The translations under genes were made by a program, and so were the position numbers. This document shows positions 38,832-47,633 of a DNA stretch of 64,000 bases, piece after piece; positions within the stretch are counted from its first letter, which is position 1, and the number at the start of each line of letters is the position of its first letter. The stretch covers positions 72,983 to 136,982 of the forward strand of contig CAZDEE010000001.1 of assembly GCA_964504595.1 (NCBI GenBank), read 5' to 3'. Origin of the DNA: an uncultured Staphylococcaceae bacterium (lineage in GTDB: Bacteria; Bacillota_I; Bacilli_A; RFN20; CAG-826). Below the pieces are notes generated by a model, which searched no databases, had not been told where the DNA came from, and saw only the letters and a program-made list of their open reading frames with translations.

Positions 38832-39851
38832 ATGAAATTAAAGATGCTTTTTTTATCAATAGTTTGCATAATCGGCTTTAAGCAAGGAATCATCGCGGCA
38901 AATGCGATTAGCTTAGTTCCAGGAGGGCAGACCATTGGAATAGAAATCCGACCTGACGGCTTAATTATCTCTGGTACATACGATGTTAAAACAGAGCATG
39001 GTACTTATAATCCCTCAAAAGACAGCGATATCAAAAGAGGAGACATATTATTTGAAATCGAAGGAACGCAAATATCAAGTTTAGATGATTTTTCGGTTGT
39101 TTTTAACCAAAAAATACAATCAAATGATGAAATTAACATTCGTTTAAAAAGAAATAAAACCATAATTAAAAGAAAATTAAGGCTTATAAAGGTTAATAAT
39201 CGCTACAAGACAGGTCTTTATATTAAAGAAAGAATTCTTGGTATAGGGACAGTTTCATTTTATGACCCGGTAAATAATATTTATGGAGCCTTAGGACATG
39301 GAGTTGTCGATAGTGATTCAGGAAATATTGTTGAAGTTAAAGAAGGTAATATTTATGAATCATCTATTAAAGGTATAAATAAATCTAAAGATGGAAATCC
39401 TGGAGAAAAGATTGCTAATTTTGGTCAAAACAACGCTTTAGGAACGATATTAGAGAATACCTCGATCGGAATATATGGTGAGTATTATTCGCTTCCAAAA
39501 GGGCTAAAAACGCTTGAAATGGCTTATTCTAGCGAAGTACAACTAGGTAAAGCGACAATATATACTGTAATTAAAGGAAACAAGGTAGAGGAATTTTCCA
39601 TTAATATTACCTCATTAGTTAAGCAAGAAATAAGTGATATTAAGGGAATCACTTTTAAAATCGATGATAAGACGCTTTTAGAAGCGACTGGAGGAGTAGT
39701 TGCAGGAATGTCAGGAAGTCCAATTATTCAAAATAATAAGCTTGTTGGCGCGGTAACTCATGTCCTAGTTGATAACGTAGATTATGGATATGGAATATAT
39801 ATGGAATGGATGTATAATGAAGCTCTTAGTTTAACGAAAAATATCATTTAA
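38832..39851 (+). CDS. spoIVB: Stage IV sporulation protein B (S55 serine peptidase with PDZ)
   Basis: An N-terminal TM helix is followed by a PDZ domain (GDILFEIEG). The S55 catalytic region is GMSGSPI. It lies upstream of spo0A. Confidence 0.8.
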   Translation: MKLKMLFLSIVCIIGFKQGIIAANAISLVPGGQTIGIEIRPDGLIISGTYDVKTEHGTYNPSKDSDIKRGDILFEIEGTQISSLDDFSVVFNQKIQSNDEINIRLKRNKTIIKRKLRLIKVNNRYKTGLYIKERILGIGTVSFYDPVNNIYGALGHGVVDSDSGNIVEVKEGNIYESSIKGINKSKDGNPGEKIANFGQNNALGTILENTSIGIYGEYYSLPKGLKTLEMAYSSEVQLGKATIYTVIKGNKVEEFSINITSLVKQEISDIKGITFKIDDKTLLEATGGVVAGMSGSPIIQNNKLVGAVTHVLVDNVDYGYGIYMEWMYNEALSLTKNII

Positions 39852-39929
39852 TTCAAAAAATAGTATTAAAAAGCGCTTTCATTATGGAAAAATAAAAGAT
39901 TTTGTAAATAAAAATGCTTTTTTGCATAA

Positions 39930-39936
39930 TTCGACA
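39930..39936 (+). promoter_or_regulatory. Consensus 0A box (TTCGACA = reverse complement of TGTCGAA) in the spo0A upstream region
   Basis: An exact 7-mer match to the Spo0A binding consensus lies ~58 nt upstream of the spo0A start. Confidence 0.35.
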
Positions 39937-39993
39937 AAATAGACAAATATTAGTTGTTATAATTGCCAAGAACACAGAAAAGGAGAAAACTTG

Positions 39994-40767
39994 ATGGAAA
40001 AATGGAAGGTGTTTGTTGTCGATGACAACGAAGAAGTAGTGCATTTTATTTCTTCTGTAGTTTCTATGCAGTCCAATATGTACGTTATTGATTACGCTTT
40101 AGATGGTGAAGAAGCATTACGAAAGTTATCGGTCTTAGAACGAGTCGACATACTAATTACCGACCTAATAATGCCAAAATTAGATGGCTTTAATTTTCTT
40201 AGAAGATTAAAAGATAAAACAAATATTAATATTGGTCATATTATCGCCATGAGCGCATTAGTTAATGAAAAAACGTTAAGTTATGTTGCATCCTTAGGTA
40301 GTGAAATGTTTTTAATTAAACCTTTTACGCAAAATTCATTAAAAGAAAGCCTAAAAAATATGATTTCCTCAGAAATTGAATCCGATAATAGTAGTTTAAT
40401 AACCAACGATTTAAATGCAAGAATATCCTCTTTGCTTCATGAATTAGGAGTACCGGCTCATATTAAAGGTTATTCCTATTTACGTACCGGTATTATCCAC
40501 GCTTATAACAATCCAGATTATGTTGGAAGAATAACAAAAGTGCTATATCCAGAAGTTGCTAAATTATATAGCACAACAAGCGCACGTGTTGAAAGAGCTA
40601 TAAGACATGCAATCGAACTTGCATGGACAAGAGGAAATATTGAAAAAATCGATGAAATATTTGGATTTACGATCAATGCTGAAAAAGCAAAACCCACTAA
40701 TTCAGAATTTATCGCGATGATGGCGGATTATCTTCAAGTTCAAAAAAGAAAAGCGATTATGGTATGA
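39994..40767 (+). CDS. spo0A: Sporulation master regulator Spo0A
   Basis: The REC domain carries a DD pair and the phospho-acceptor Asp. The C-terminal Spo0A_C signature is [33 protein letters not shown]...[17 protein letters not shown]. Confidence 0.9.
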   Translation: MEKWKVFVVDDNEEVVHFISSVVSMQSNMYVIDYALDGEEALRKLSVLERVDILITDLIMPKLDGFNFLRRLKDKTNINIGHIIAMSALVNEKTLSYVASLGSEMFLIKPFTQNSLKESLKNMISSEIESDNSSLITNDLNARISSLLHELGVPAHIKGYSYLRTGIIHAYNNPDYVGRITKVLYPEVAKLYSTTSARVERAIRHAIELAWTRGNIEKIDEIFGFTINAEKAKPTNSEFIAMMADYLQVQKRKAIMV

Positions 40768-40795
40768 GGAATCGATTGGTTCCTCTTTTTTATTA
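40766..40795 (+). terminator. Terminator after spo0A
   Basis: GAGGAAtcgattggTTCCTC followed by TTTTTTATT. Confidence 0.5.
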
Positions 40796-40832
40796 TTATT
40801 TTGTTATAATATTTCTAAGGAGGGGATTAGTA

Positions 40833-41999
40833 ATGGCAAGAATCATTGTGCATATTGATTTAAATGCTTTTTTTGCGCGATGTGAAGAAATAAAAGACCC
40901 TTCCTTAGAAAATAAGCCAGTTATTGTTGGCAGCAATGGTAAACGAGGGATTGTCTCCACTTGCAATTATGAAGCAAGAAAATACGGAATACATTCCGCG
41001 ATGCCGATGTATATGGCTAGAAGACTATGTTCAACCGCGATTATTAAATCGAGTGATTTTTCATTTTATGCCCAAAAATCAAACGAATTTATTCATTTTG
41101 TAGAAAAATATTCACCTATTATTGAAAAAGCATCCATCGATGAATGTTATGTTGATATGACTTTGCCATTAAAAGATGTAAAAGACGTAACTGGATATTT
41201 TAAGCAATTTCAAGAACAATTGTTTAAAGAAACAAAATTATATTGTTCTATTGGAATCGCTCCAACAAAATTTTTAGCAAAAATGGCATCTGATTACAAA
41301 AAGCCACAGGGTATTACAATTATTAGAAGACGCGATGTTCCTAAAATATTATATCCTTTATCAATTGATGAAATGTGGGGGATTGGTAAGAAAAATGCCC
41401 CAAAACTTAAAAAAATTGGCATTTTAACAATTGGTGATTTGGCTAATGATGATAGTTATGAAGCAAAAAAAATCTTAGGAAAGTTCTATTATGTCCTTAA
41501 AGATTGGGCTCACGGATTAGGGGATGACCATGTTGATACCGAACCTTGGGATCCAAAATCAATTGGTCATTCAACGACTTTGCTTGAAGATACTTCAAAT
41601 ATGGAAGAAATATCAACGATTTTTAAAGAATTATCGCTGGAAGTAAGTAAGGAAGCCATTAAAAAAAAGAAAAAAGGCACAACAGTTCAAATTGTGATAA
41701 AATATAGTGACTTTAGAGTTAATAATCGCTCTTTAACTCTAAATGAGCCGATTAATGATTTTGATAATATTTATCAGATTGCTATGAAATTATTTGAAAA
41801 ACATTATACAGGTGATTTGCTTAGATTAATTGGAGTTTCGCTTCAAAATCTAATTGATGAAGAGGATATTGTAGTTCAAATGAGTATCTTTAATTATCAA
41901 AAACACGAAGAAGAAAGTGCAACAAAACTCTTAATTAATGAACTTAATAGGCATTTGAAAGAACCAATTTTAAAAAGAGCGAGTGATTTGAAAAAATAG
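40833..41999 (+). CDS. dinB: DNA polymerase IV (Y-family)
   Basis: MARIIVHIDLNAFFA is followed by the catalytic region IDECYVDMT. An AGGAGGGG RBS is present. The ORF-track start at 40764 lies inside the spo0A terminator. Confidence 0.85.
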   Translation: MARIIVHIDLNAFFARCEEIKDPSLENKPVIVGSNGKRGIVSTCNYEARKYGIHSAMPMYMARRLCSTAIIKSSDFSFYAQKSNEFIHFVEKYSPIIEKASIDECYVDMTLPLKDVKDVTGYFKQFQEQLFKETKLYCSIGIAPTKFLAKMASDYKKPQGITIIRRRDVPKILYPLSIDEMWGIGKKNAPKLKKIGILTIGDLANDDSYEAKKILGKFYYVLKDWAHGLGDDHVDTEPWDPKSIGHSTTLLEDTSNMEEISTIFKELSLEVSKEAIKKKKKGTTVQIVIKYSDFRVNNRSLTLNEPINDFDNIYQIAMKLFEKHYTGDLLRLIGVSLQNLIDEEDIVVQMSIFNYQKHEEESATKLLINELNRHLKEPILKRASDLKK

Positions 42000-42057
42000 T
42001 GAAAAAGTCAATAAAAGTGATTTTTTAGTATATAATTAGTAGAAAAGGAGTATTACA

Positions 42058-42942
42058 ATGAAGCTTGAAGATGCATTTGATTTATATACTCAATATCTTC
42101 TTGTTGAAAAAGGGTTGACCCCAACAACGGTAAAAAACTATCAAGATGATATTAATCAGTTTTTCTTAATGCTTAATGATACAATTCATTCAACTTCAGA
42201 ATTAACTGGTGAGCACATTTATCAATTTATGAAAATGCAAAATATTAAAGGAATGATGACTTCAACAGTTATTAGAAGAATATCCGCGATTAGAAACTTC
42301 TATATATTCTTACAAAAAGAAGGAATGCTTAATGATAAGATTCCTACCATTCCGTCGCTCAAACTAGGTCAACATCTTCCATCTGTATTATCATTAGAAG
42401 AAGTAGAAAAGCTTTTAGAAGCTCCAAATCTAAATACTGAAGCTGGAATTCGTGATAGAGCAATGCTAGAATTAATGTATGCTTCTGGACTCCGTGTATC
42501 AGAATTATTGATGTTAGAACGATCAATGATTAATTTTGATAACAATCTTGTAAGAATTTTTGGAAAAGGAAGAAAAGAAAGAATAATTCCAATCGGGGAT
42601 TATGCGATATATTATTTAAAAGAATACATGGTTAATGTTCGTTCAAAAAACATAGGAAAAGGGACAAAATATGTGTTTTTAAATAAAAAAGGTAAACCTT
42701 TAACTAGACAATATTTCTTTAAACAAGTTAAAAAATACGCAAAAGAAGTTGGAATAGAAGTAGAAATTTCTCCGCACACCCTAAGACATTGTTTTGCAAC
42801 ACATCTATTAGAAAATGGTGCTGAGTTACGAGCGGTACAAGAAATGCTCGGTCATACAAATATCGCAACAACGCAAATTTACACTCATGTTTCATCAAAC
42901 AGAATTACGAGTGCTTATGATTTATATAGTAAAAGAAAGTAA
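42058..42942 (+). CDS. xerD: Tyrosine site-specific recombinase XerD/XerC
   Basis: The catalytic motif RHxxAT is present. LGHTNIATTQIYTHV carries the catalytic Tyr. It lies adjacent to deoB, as ripX-drm in B. subtilis. Confidence 0.7.
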   Translation: MKLEDAFDLYTQYLLVEKGLTPTTVKNYQDDINQFFLMLNDTIHSTSELTGEHIYQFMKMQNIKGMMTSTVIRRISAIRNFYIFLQKEGMLNDKIPTIPSLKLGQHLPSVLSLEEVEKLLEAPNLNTEAGIRDRAMLELMYASGLRVSELLMLERSMINFDNNLVRIFGKGRKERIIPIGDYAIYYLKEYMVNVRSKNIGKGTKYVFLNKKGKPLTRQYFFKQVKKYAKEVGIEVEISPHTLRHCFATHLLENGAELRAVQEMLGHTNIATTQIYTHVSSNRITSAYDLYSKRK

Positions 42943-42957
42943 AAATGAGGTGTTTTT

Positions 42958-44154
42958 ATGAAAAAATTTAAAAGAATATTCTTAATTGTTATGGATTCCG
43001 TTGGCATTGGAGCAATGGATGACGCTAAAAAGTTTAACGATGAAGGAACAAATACTTTTGTTCATACATCTTTGGAATGTGGCGGATTAAATATTCCAAC
43101 ATTAAATAGTCTTGGAATTGGTGATTTAGCCCCAATTCTAGGTACATCGAAAGTTAGCCATCCTAATTCGTATTCATTAGTTTTAAATGAGGCTAGTAAT
43201 GGAAAAGATACAATGACTGGTCACTGGGAAATGATGGGGATTTTAACCACAAAGCCATTTAAAACTTTTACCGATACTGGTTTTCCACAAGAATTGATCG
43301 ACGAACTTGAGCAAAAAACTGGACATAAGTTTATCGGTAATTATGCATCAAGCGGAACAGAAATACTAAAAGAATTAGGCGAAGAACATCTAAAAACTGG
43401 TAATCTAATCGTTTATACATCCGCTGATAGCGTTCTTCAAATTGCTGCTCACGAAGAGACTATCGGAGTTCCAGAATTATATAGATGTTGTGAAATCGCT
43501 CGAAAAATATGCTTAAAACCGGAGTTTTTATTAGGTAGAATTATTGCTAGACCTTTCATTGGAACTTCAAAAGAAACCTTTAAAAGAACTGCAAATCGCC
43601 ATGACTACGCTTTATCTCCAAGTGGAATTACAGCCCTAGATATTTTAAAGAAAAATGGTTATGAAGTGTCTTGTATCGGTAAAATATATGATATCTTTAA
43701 TGGAGTAGGAGCAACTAAAACTCAAAAAACCATTTCAAATAAAGATGGAATGATTAAAACTATCGCTGAAGCTAAAGATACAAATTATGAAGGTTTATGC
43801 TTTGTTAATTTAGTGGAATTTGATTCTGAATATGGCCATAGACGTAATCCAAAAGGATATGGTAATTGTATTGAAGAGTTTGATTCACAATTAAAAGAAT
43901 TGCTTGATGTCATTAATGACGATGATTTGGTATTAATTACCGCAGATCATGGAAACGACCCAACATATATCGGATCTGACCATACCCGTGAAAGAGTTCC
44001 ACTACTATGTTACTCAAAATCATTTAAAAATGGTCGAAATATCGAATTTAGAAATTCTTTTTCTGATATCGGCGCGACAATTTTAGAAAATTTTGGATTA
44101 GTAAAAGATAATTCTATGATCGGAGAATCTATTAAAGAATTATTAAATGATTAA
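42958..44154 (+). CDS. deoB: Phosphopentomutase
   Basis: The N-terminus IFLIVMDSVGIG is present. Metal-binding motifs typical of DeoB are present. Confidence 0.85.
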   Translation: MKKFKRIFLIVMDSVGIGAMDDAKKFNDEGTNTFVHTSLECGGLNIPTLNSLGIGDLAPILGTSKVSHPNSYSLVLNEASNGKDTMTGHWEMMGILTTKPFKTFTDTGFPQELIDELEQKTGHKFIGNYASSGTEILKELGEEHLKTGNLIVYTSADSVLQIAAHEETIGVPELYRCCEIARKICLKPEFLLGRIIARPFIGTSKETFKRTANRHDYALSPSGITALDILKKNGYEVSCIGKIYDIFNGVGATKTQKTISNKDGMIKTIAEAKDTNYEGLCFVNLVEFDSEYGHRRNPKGYGNCIEEFDSQLKELLDVINDDDLVLITADHGNDPTYIGSDHTRERVPLLCYSKSFKNGRNIEFRNSFSDIGATILENFGLVKDNSMIGESIKELLND

Positions 44155-44167
44155 TGTAAAAAACGTC

Positions 44168-44800
44168 TTAGAGCGATTCTAAGGCGTTTTTATTTATTTT
44201 AATACATTTATTCATAAAAGTTATAATTCCTTCATCTACGAGGCTATAAAGCAATCGGGAAGTAGTTTCACGAGTTAAGCAAATCTCTTTTGCTAAATTA
44301 GTTACAGAGGCTATTTTTATAAATTCTTTGTTTTTTAAAGAGAATGCTAAATAAGATATCAATCTATCTTTAGCATTTTGAATAGATAATATTTTCATTT
44401 TTTGGGTAATATCAATAGTTTTATCTGCAAGAATATTAAGATATATTTGTAAAAATTCTTCATTTTTTCGCATAATTTTCAACAAATTATCTTTTTTTAT
44501 AATATATCCTTTGCCTTTCTTTGTGGCAATAATGTTACTTAAATATTTATTTGAAGATGAAAAAATCAAATTATTACCAAATATTGAAGGGGAGTATAAG
44601 TAATTAAATATTTGTTCATTGCCATTGATGTCAAAATTAACCATTTGAATCTCACCATTTGTAATAATGACTATTTCTTCACAAATTTGGTCTTTTTTAA
44701 ATAAAATTTGTCCTTTATAAAACTCTATAATATTCACTTTTAACAAATCATCAATTGTCAAAGTGTTAATCAATTCCTTTATCAAATTCATTGTTTTCAC
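44168..44800 (-). CDS. Crp/Fnr family transcriptional regulator
   Basis: An N-terminal cNMP-binding beta-roll is followed by a C-terminal HTH, LAKEICLTRETTSRLL. Confidence 0.7.
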   Translation of the reverse strand: MKTMNLIKELINTLTIDDLLKVNIIEFYKGQILFKKDQICEEIVIITNGEIQMVNFDINGNEQIFNYLYSPSIFGNNLIFSSSNKYLSNIIATKKGKGYIIKKDNLLKIMRKNEEFLQIYLNILADKTIDITQKMKILSIQNAKDRLISYLAFSLKNKEFIKIASVTNLAKEICLTRETTSRLLYSLVDEGIITFMNKCIKINKNALESL

Positions 44801-44869
44801 CTCATTTTGTGATAAAAATCACAGTTTTACTTTTTTATTATAACATATAATAATCGCTGGGTGATAAAA

Positions 44870-45778
44870 ATGAAAAAGAAATTAATTTTAGGATTGGCCG
44901 CAATCCTCACATTAGCGGCATGTGGTTCAAATAGCAAAAGTGCAACAATTATTGCACCAAGTGGAGCGCCCGCAATCGCTATTGCAAATTATGCAATTAA
45001 TCATCAAGAAGATGTCAATCTTGGTAATGATGCTTTCTTATTAGGCGCAGCATTTGGTAAAAAAGAAGCCGATATTATTATCGCGCCTATTAATTTAGGA
45101 GCAACACTATTTAAGGATTCAGCTTCAGGAGCTTATGGATTATACAAAGTTTTAGTTTGGGATAATTTATATTTAGTTTCTAGAACTGAAATTAAATCTA
45201 TTACTGATTTAAAAGATAAGAAAATTACTTCATTTGGTAATGGTAGTACTCCTAATATTGTATTAGAAAGCTGTATGAAAGCTCATAATCTTGATACTAG
45301 CAATATTACTTATGAAGAAAACGTTAACAAAGCTAATGCCGCTTTTTCCGCGAATTTAGCCGATATTATCGTATCCGCACAACCAAATGTTTCTGCATTA
45401 GATACTAGTAATATATTCGTAACTTCATTATCAACATTCTGGAAAGAAGTTACTGGATATGATACATATCCTCAAAGTGGTTTGTTTGTTAAATTTGATT
45501 CCTATAAGAAAATTAAAGGCTCTTTAGAAGAAATTAGCGAATCATATGATCATATTCTAGATGATGTTGAAAAAACCGCTAAAAACGCTTCTACATTGCT
45601 TTCTAACTTAAATGAAAATCTTATAAAGAAAGCACTTCCTTATTGCGGATATAAAAATGTTGAAAATGTTCGTCAATTAGTGGATAACTATTATCAAAAA
45701 ATTATTGATTTAGGCTTAGGAAAATCTGTAGGAGAATCGCTACCAGATGAAAAATTCTACGAACTCCTCGAAAAATAA
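44870..45778 (+). CDS. ABC-type substrate-binding lipoprotein (NMT1/SsuA/ThiY-like), substrate unknown
   Basis: A signal peptide with lipobox LAACGS precedes a periplasmic-binding-protein-like fold. It lies upstream of a permease. Confidence 0.55.
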   Translation: MKKKLILGLAAILTLAACGSNSKSATIIAPSGAPAIAIANYAINHQEDVNLGNDAFLLGAAFGKKEADIIIAPINLGATLFKDSASGAYGLYKVLVWDNLYLVSRTEIKSITDLKDKKITSFGNGSTPNIVLESCMKAHNLDTSNITYEENVNKANAAFSANLADIIVSAQPNVSALDTSNIFVTSLSTFWKEVTGYDTYPQSGLFVKFDSYKKIKGSLEEISESYDHILDDVEKTAKNASTLLSNLNENLIKKALPYCGYKNVENVRQLVDNYYQKIIDLGLGKSVGESLPDEKFYELLEK

Positions 45779-46499
45779 TTTTCTAGCCTCCGCTATTTCA
45801 TTAGTTTTTATTATTTTAGTACTCGCGCTTTTAACATTTAACAATCAAGGAAGTCAAATCTATCCTTCGATTAAAGATATCTTAGAAGAATTATGGCAAA
45901 ATATTAGCAATATTGACCGAATTTTGGCATTTATTTCAACTTTTGGAAGGGTAGTAATTACTCTTATAATATCGTTTGTCTTATCGTTGATATTTGCTAT
46001 ATTGTATTACCATTTAAAAATAAGCTATTCATTTATAAAACCATTTCTCGTAATTGCTAAAAGTGCACCTATCGTAGCAATATCAGTTTACATATACATC
46101 CTTGTTGATAGTCTTATTGCGCCATATATTATTGCCGGTCTAGTAACTTTTCCAATCATGCTAGAAGCGATGATTTCCGCAATCGATCAAGTTCCAAATG
46201 ATATTGTTAATGAACTCGCACTTATAAAAAGTTCGAAAATATATAAGTTTTTTAAAGTTTATTTACCTTTAATTCAAAAATCAATTATAAGTAGTTTATT
46301 ACAAACCATCGGACTAGGATTCAAAGTAATGATTATGGGCGAATATTTATGTCATACAAAAAGAAGTATTGGTGTATTAATATATAACTCATATTCATTC
46401 TTAGAAATGGATGTACTAATCGCAGTTATTATTGAAGTTGTTGTAATAGTGGTTATTGGTGAGACATTAATTAAAAAAATTGAAAAAAAATATTTTTAA
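45747..46499 (+). CDS. ABC transporter permease (binding-protein-dependent type)
   Basis: Six TM helices. An EAA-like loop, ALIKSSKIYKFFKVYLP, is present. No ATPase gene is adjacent. Confidence 0.6.
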   Translation: MKNSTNSSKNNFLASAISLVFIILVLALLTFNNQGSQIYPSIKDILEELWQNISNIDRILAFISTFGRVVITLIISFVLSLIFAILYYHLKISYSFIKPFLVIAKSAPIVAISVYIYILVDSLIAPYIIAGLVTFPIMLEAMISAIDQVPNDIVNELALIKSSKIYKFFKVYLPLIQKSIISSLLQTIGLGFKVMIMGEYLCHTKRSIGVLIYNSYSFLEMDVLIAVIIEVVVIVVIGETLIKKIEKKYF

Positions 46500-46530
46500 C
46501 GAGTTTAACACTCGTTTTTTTATTGTTTAA
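46500..46530 (+). terminator. Terminator after the permease
   Basis: AACGAGTttaacACTCGTT followed by TTTTTTTATT. Confidence 0.45.
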
Positions 46531-46696
46531 AATTTAAAAAAAGTCCATTTTTTTAATCAATTTTTACTAATTTTCTAATTTTATAAACATCTTAATCGAC
46601 CTTTATTTTTTTAGAATAAAATATATTTTAAAAAAATTTACAAAAAGTTAGGAATTATTAAATTTCAACACTAATTAATATTAGGAGGAAATTTAT

Positions 46697-47260
46697 ATGG
46701 GAAATCAAGATTTAATTAGAAAATATCGTTTAAAAGAGCCTGAGGAGAACTTTGATATTAGAGTGGATAAAGCAATAAAAAGACAACAAACATTGCAAAT
46801 AAGAGGTTTAAAAGCTCAATTAGAATGGATCAAAAGACAAATTGAATATTTAACTTTTGCCGAAAATCATGAATCATATTTCGAACTTCATCGTGGCGAA
46901 GTATATGAATTTGATTGGGGAGTTAATGTTGGCTGTGAATTTTCATCAAGGCATTATGGAGTTGTTCTAGCTTATTCCGGAAAGACTAATCCATTAGTTT
47001 TAGTATGCCCACTTAAAACTAACCGATATGGCGCGAATCCATATAGCGATGTAAATCTAGGTTATATAACAAATATAATTAGTGATTCAGAGACACTTGC
47101 GGTCGTCAATCAAATTAGAGCGTTAGATAAAGTTAGAATGTATGTTAGACCAATTATTAACGAAACAGTTTCTTCAGAAGAAGGTAAAACAAAGCTAACT
47201 AAGGAACAAATGAATTTAATTAATAATGGTATTAAAAGTATCTTTAAGCTTAACGAATAG
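46697..47260 (+). CDS. MazF/PemK-fold endoribonuclease-like protein with a 65-aa N-terminal and a 25-aa C-terminal extension
   Basis: Residues ~66-160 align by eye to EndoA/MazF: RGEVY..D versus RGDVYFADL, and NQIRALDKVRM versus EQIRTIDKQRL. There is no adjacent antitoxin ORF. Confidence 0.5.
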   Translation: MGNQDLIRKYRLKEPEENFDIRVDKAIKRQQTLQIRGLKAQLEWIKRQIEYLTFAENHESYFELHRGEVYEFDWGVNVGCEFSSRHYGVVLAYSGKTNPLVLVCPLKTNRYGANPYSDVNLGYITNIISDSETLAVVNQIRALDKVRMYVRPIINETVSSEEGKTKLTKEQMNLINNGIKSIFKLNE

Positions 47261-47565
47261 TGGCTATAGTTATAATTTAGTAGTTATTTAGTAGTTATTA
47301 AGTTAGTTTAATCTTTAGTCTAATTGTGGAAAACCTTTATTTATCAGCATCCAATCGGAAGTTTTAAAAAAAAGCAACTTTAAAAAAGTTCCGATAAAAT
47401 CTAGGTTTTTTACTATTTTAGTTAACATAATAGACATTATACGAAGTAGCCATATATTTAATTATATATCATTTAAGTGCTAAATCAATGATATTTATCA
47501 ATTAAACACTAGTATTCACTCTACTTATATATAACGATCTACTTATATATTTGATCATAATAAAA

Positions 47566-47600
47566 AAATCCTCTTAGAGATCATTCTTTAAGAGGACAAT
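47566..47600 (-). terminator. Terminator downstream of nadD-yqeK on the minus strand
   Basis: On the minus strand: GTCCTCTTAAagaatgatctcTAAGAGGA followed by TTTTTTTATT. Confidence 0.4.
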
Positions 47601-47633
47601 ATTTTAATTTTAATTTGAATCAAAATACTATTT

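Noticed and set aside
40005-40025. Palindrome TTGTCGATGACAA resembling paired 0A half-sites
   Set aside because: It lies within the spo0A coding sequence (VVDDNEE). It is most likely coincidental codon usage for the conserved DD motif.
40764-40832. ORF-track 5' extension of dinB ([23 protein letters not shown]) overlapping the spo0A stop
   Set aside because: The extension is the translated spo0A terminator hairpin plus T-run. A strong AGGAGGGG RBS precedes the internal ATG at 40833, which gives the canonical DinB N-terminus MARIIVHIDLNAFFA.
46500-46696. Type III (ToxIN-like) RNA antitoxin repeats upstream of the MazF-fold gene
   Set aside because: ToxN-like toxins are preceded by tandem ~35-nt RNA repeats. 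No such tandem array is present in the 197-bp upstream region, and the protein core aligns to MazF/EndoA rather than ToxN.
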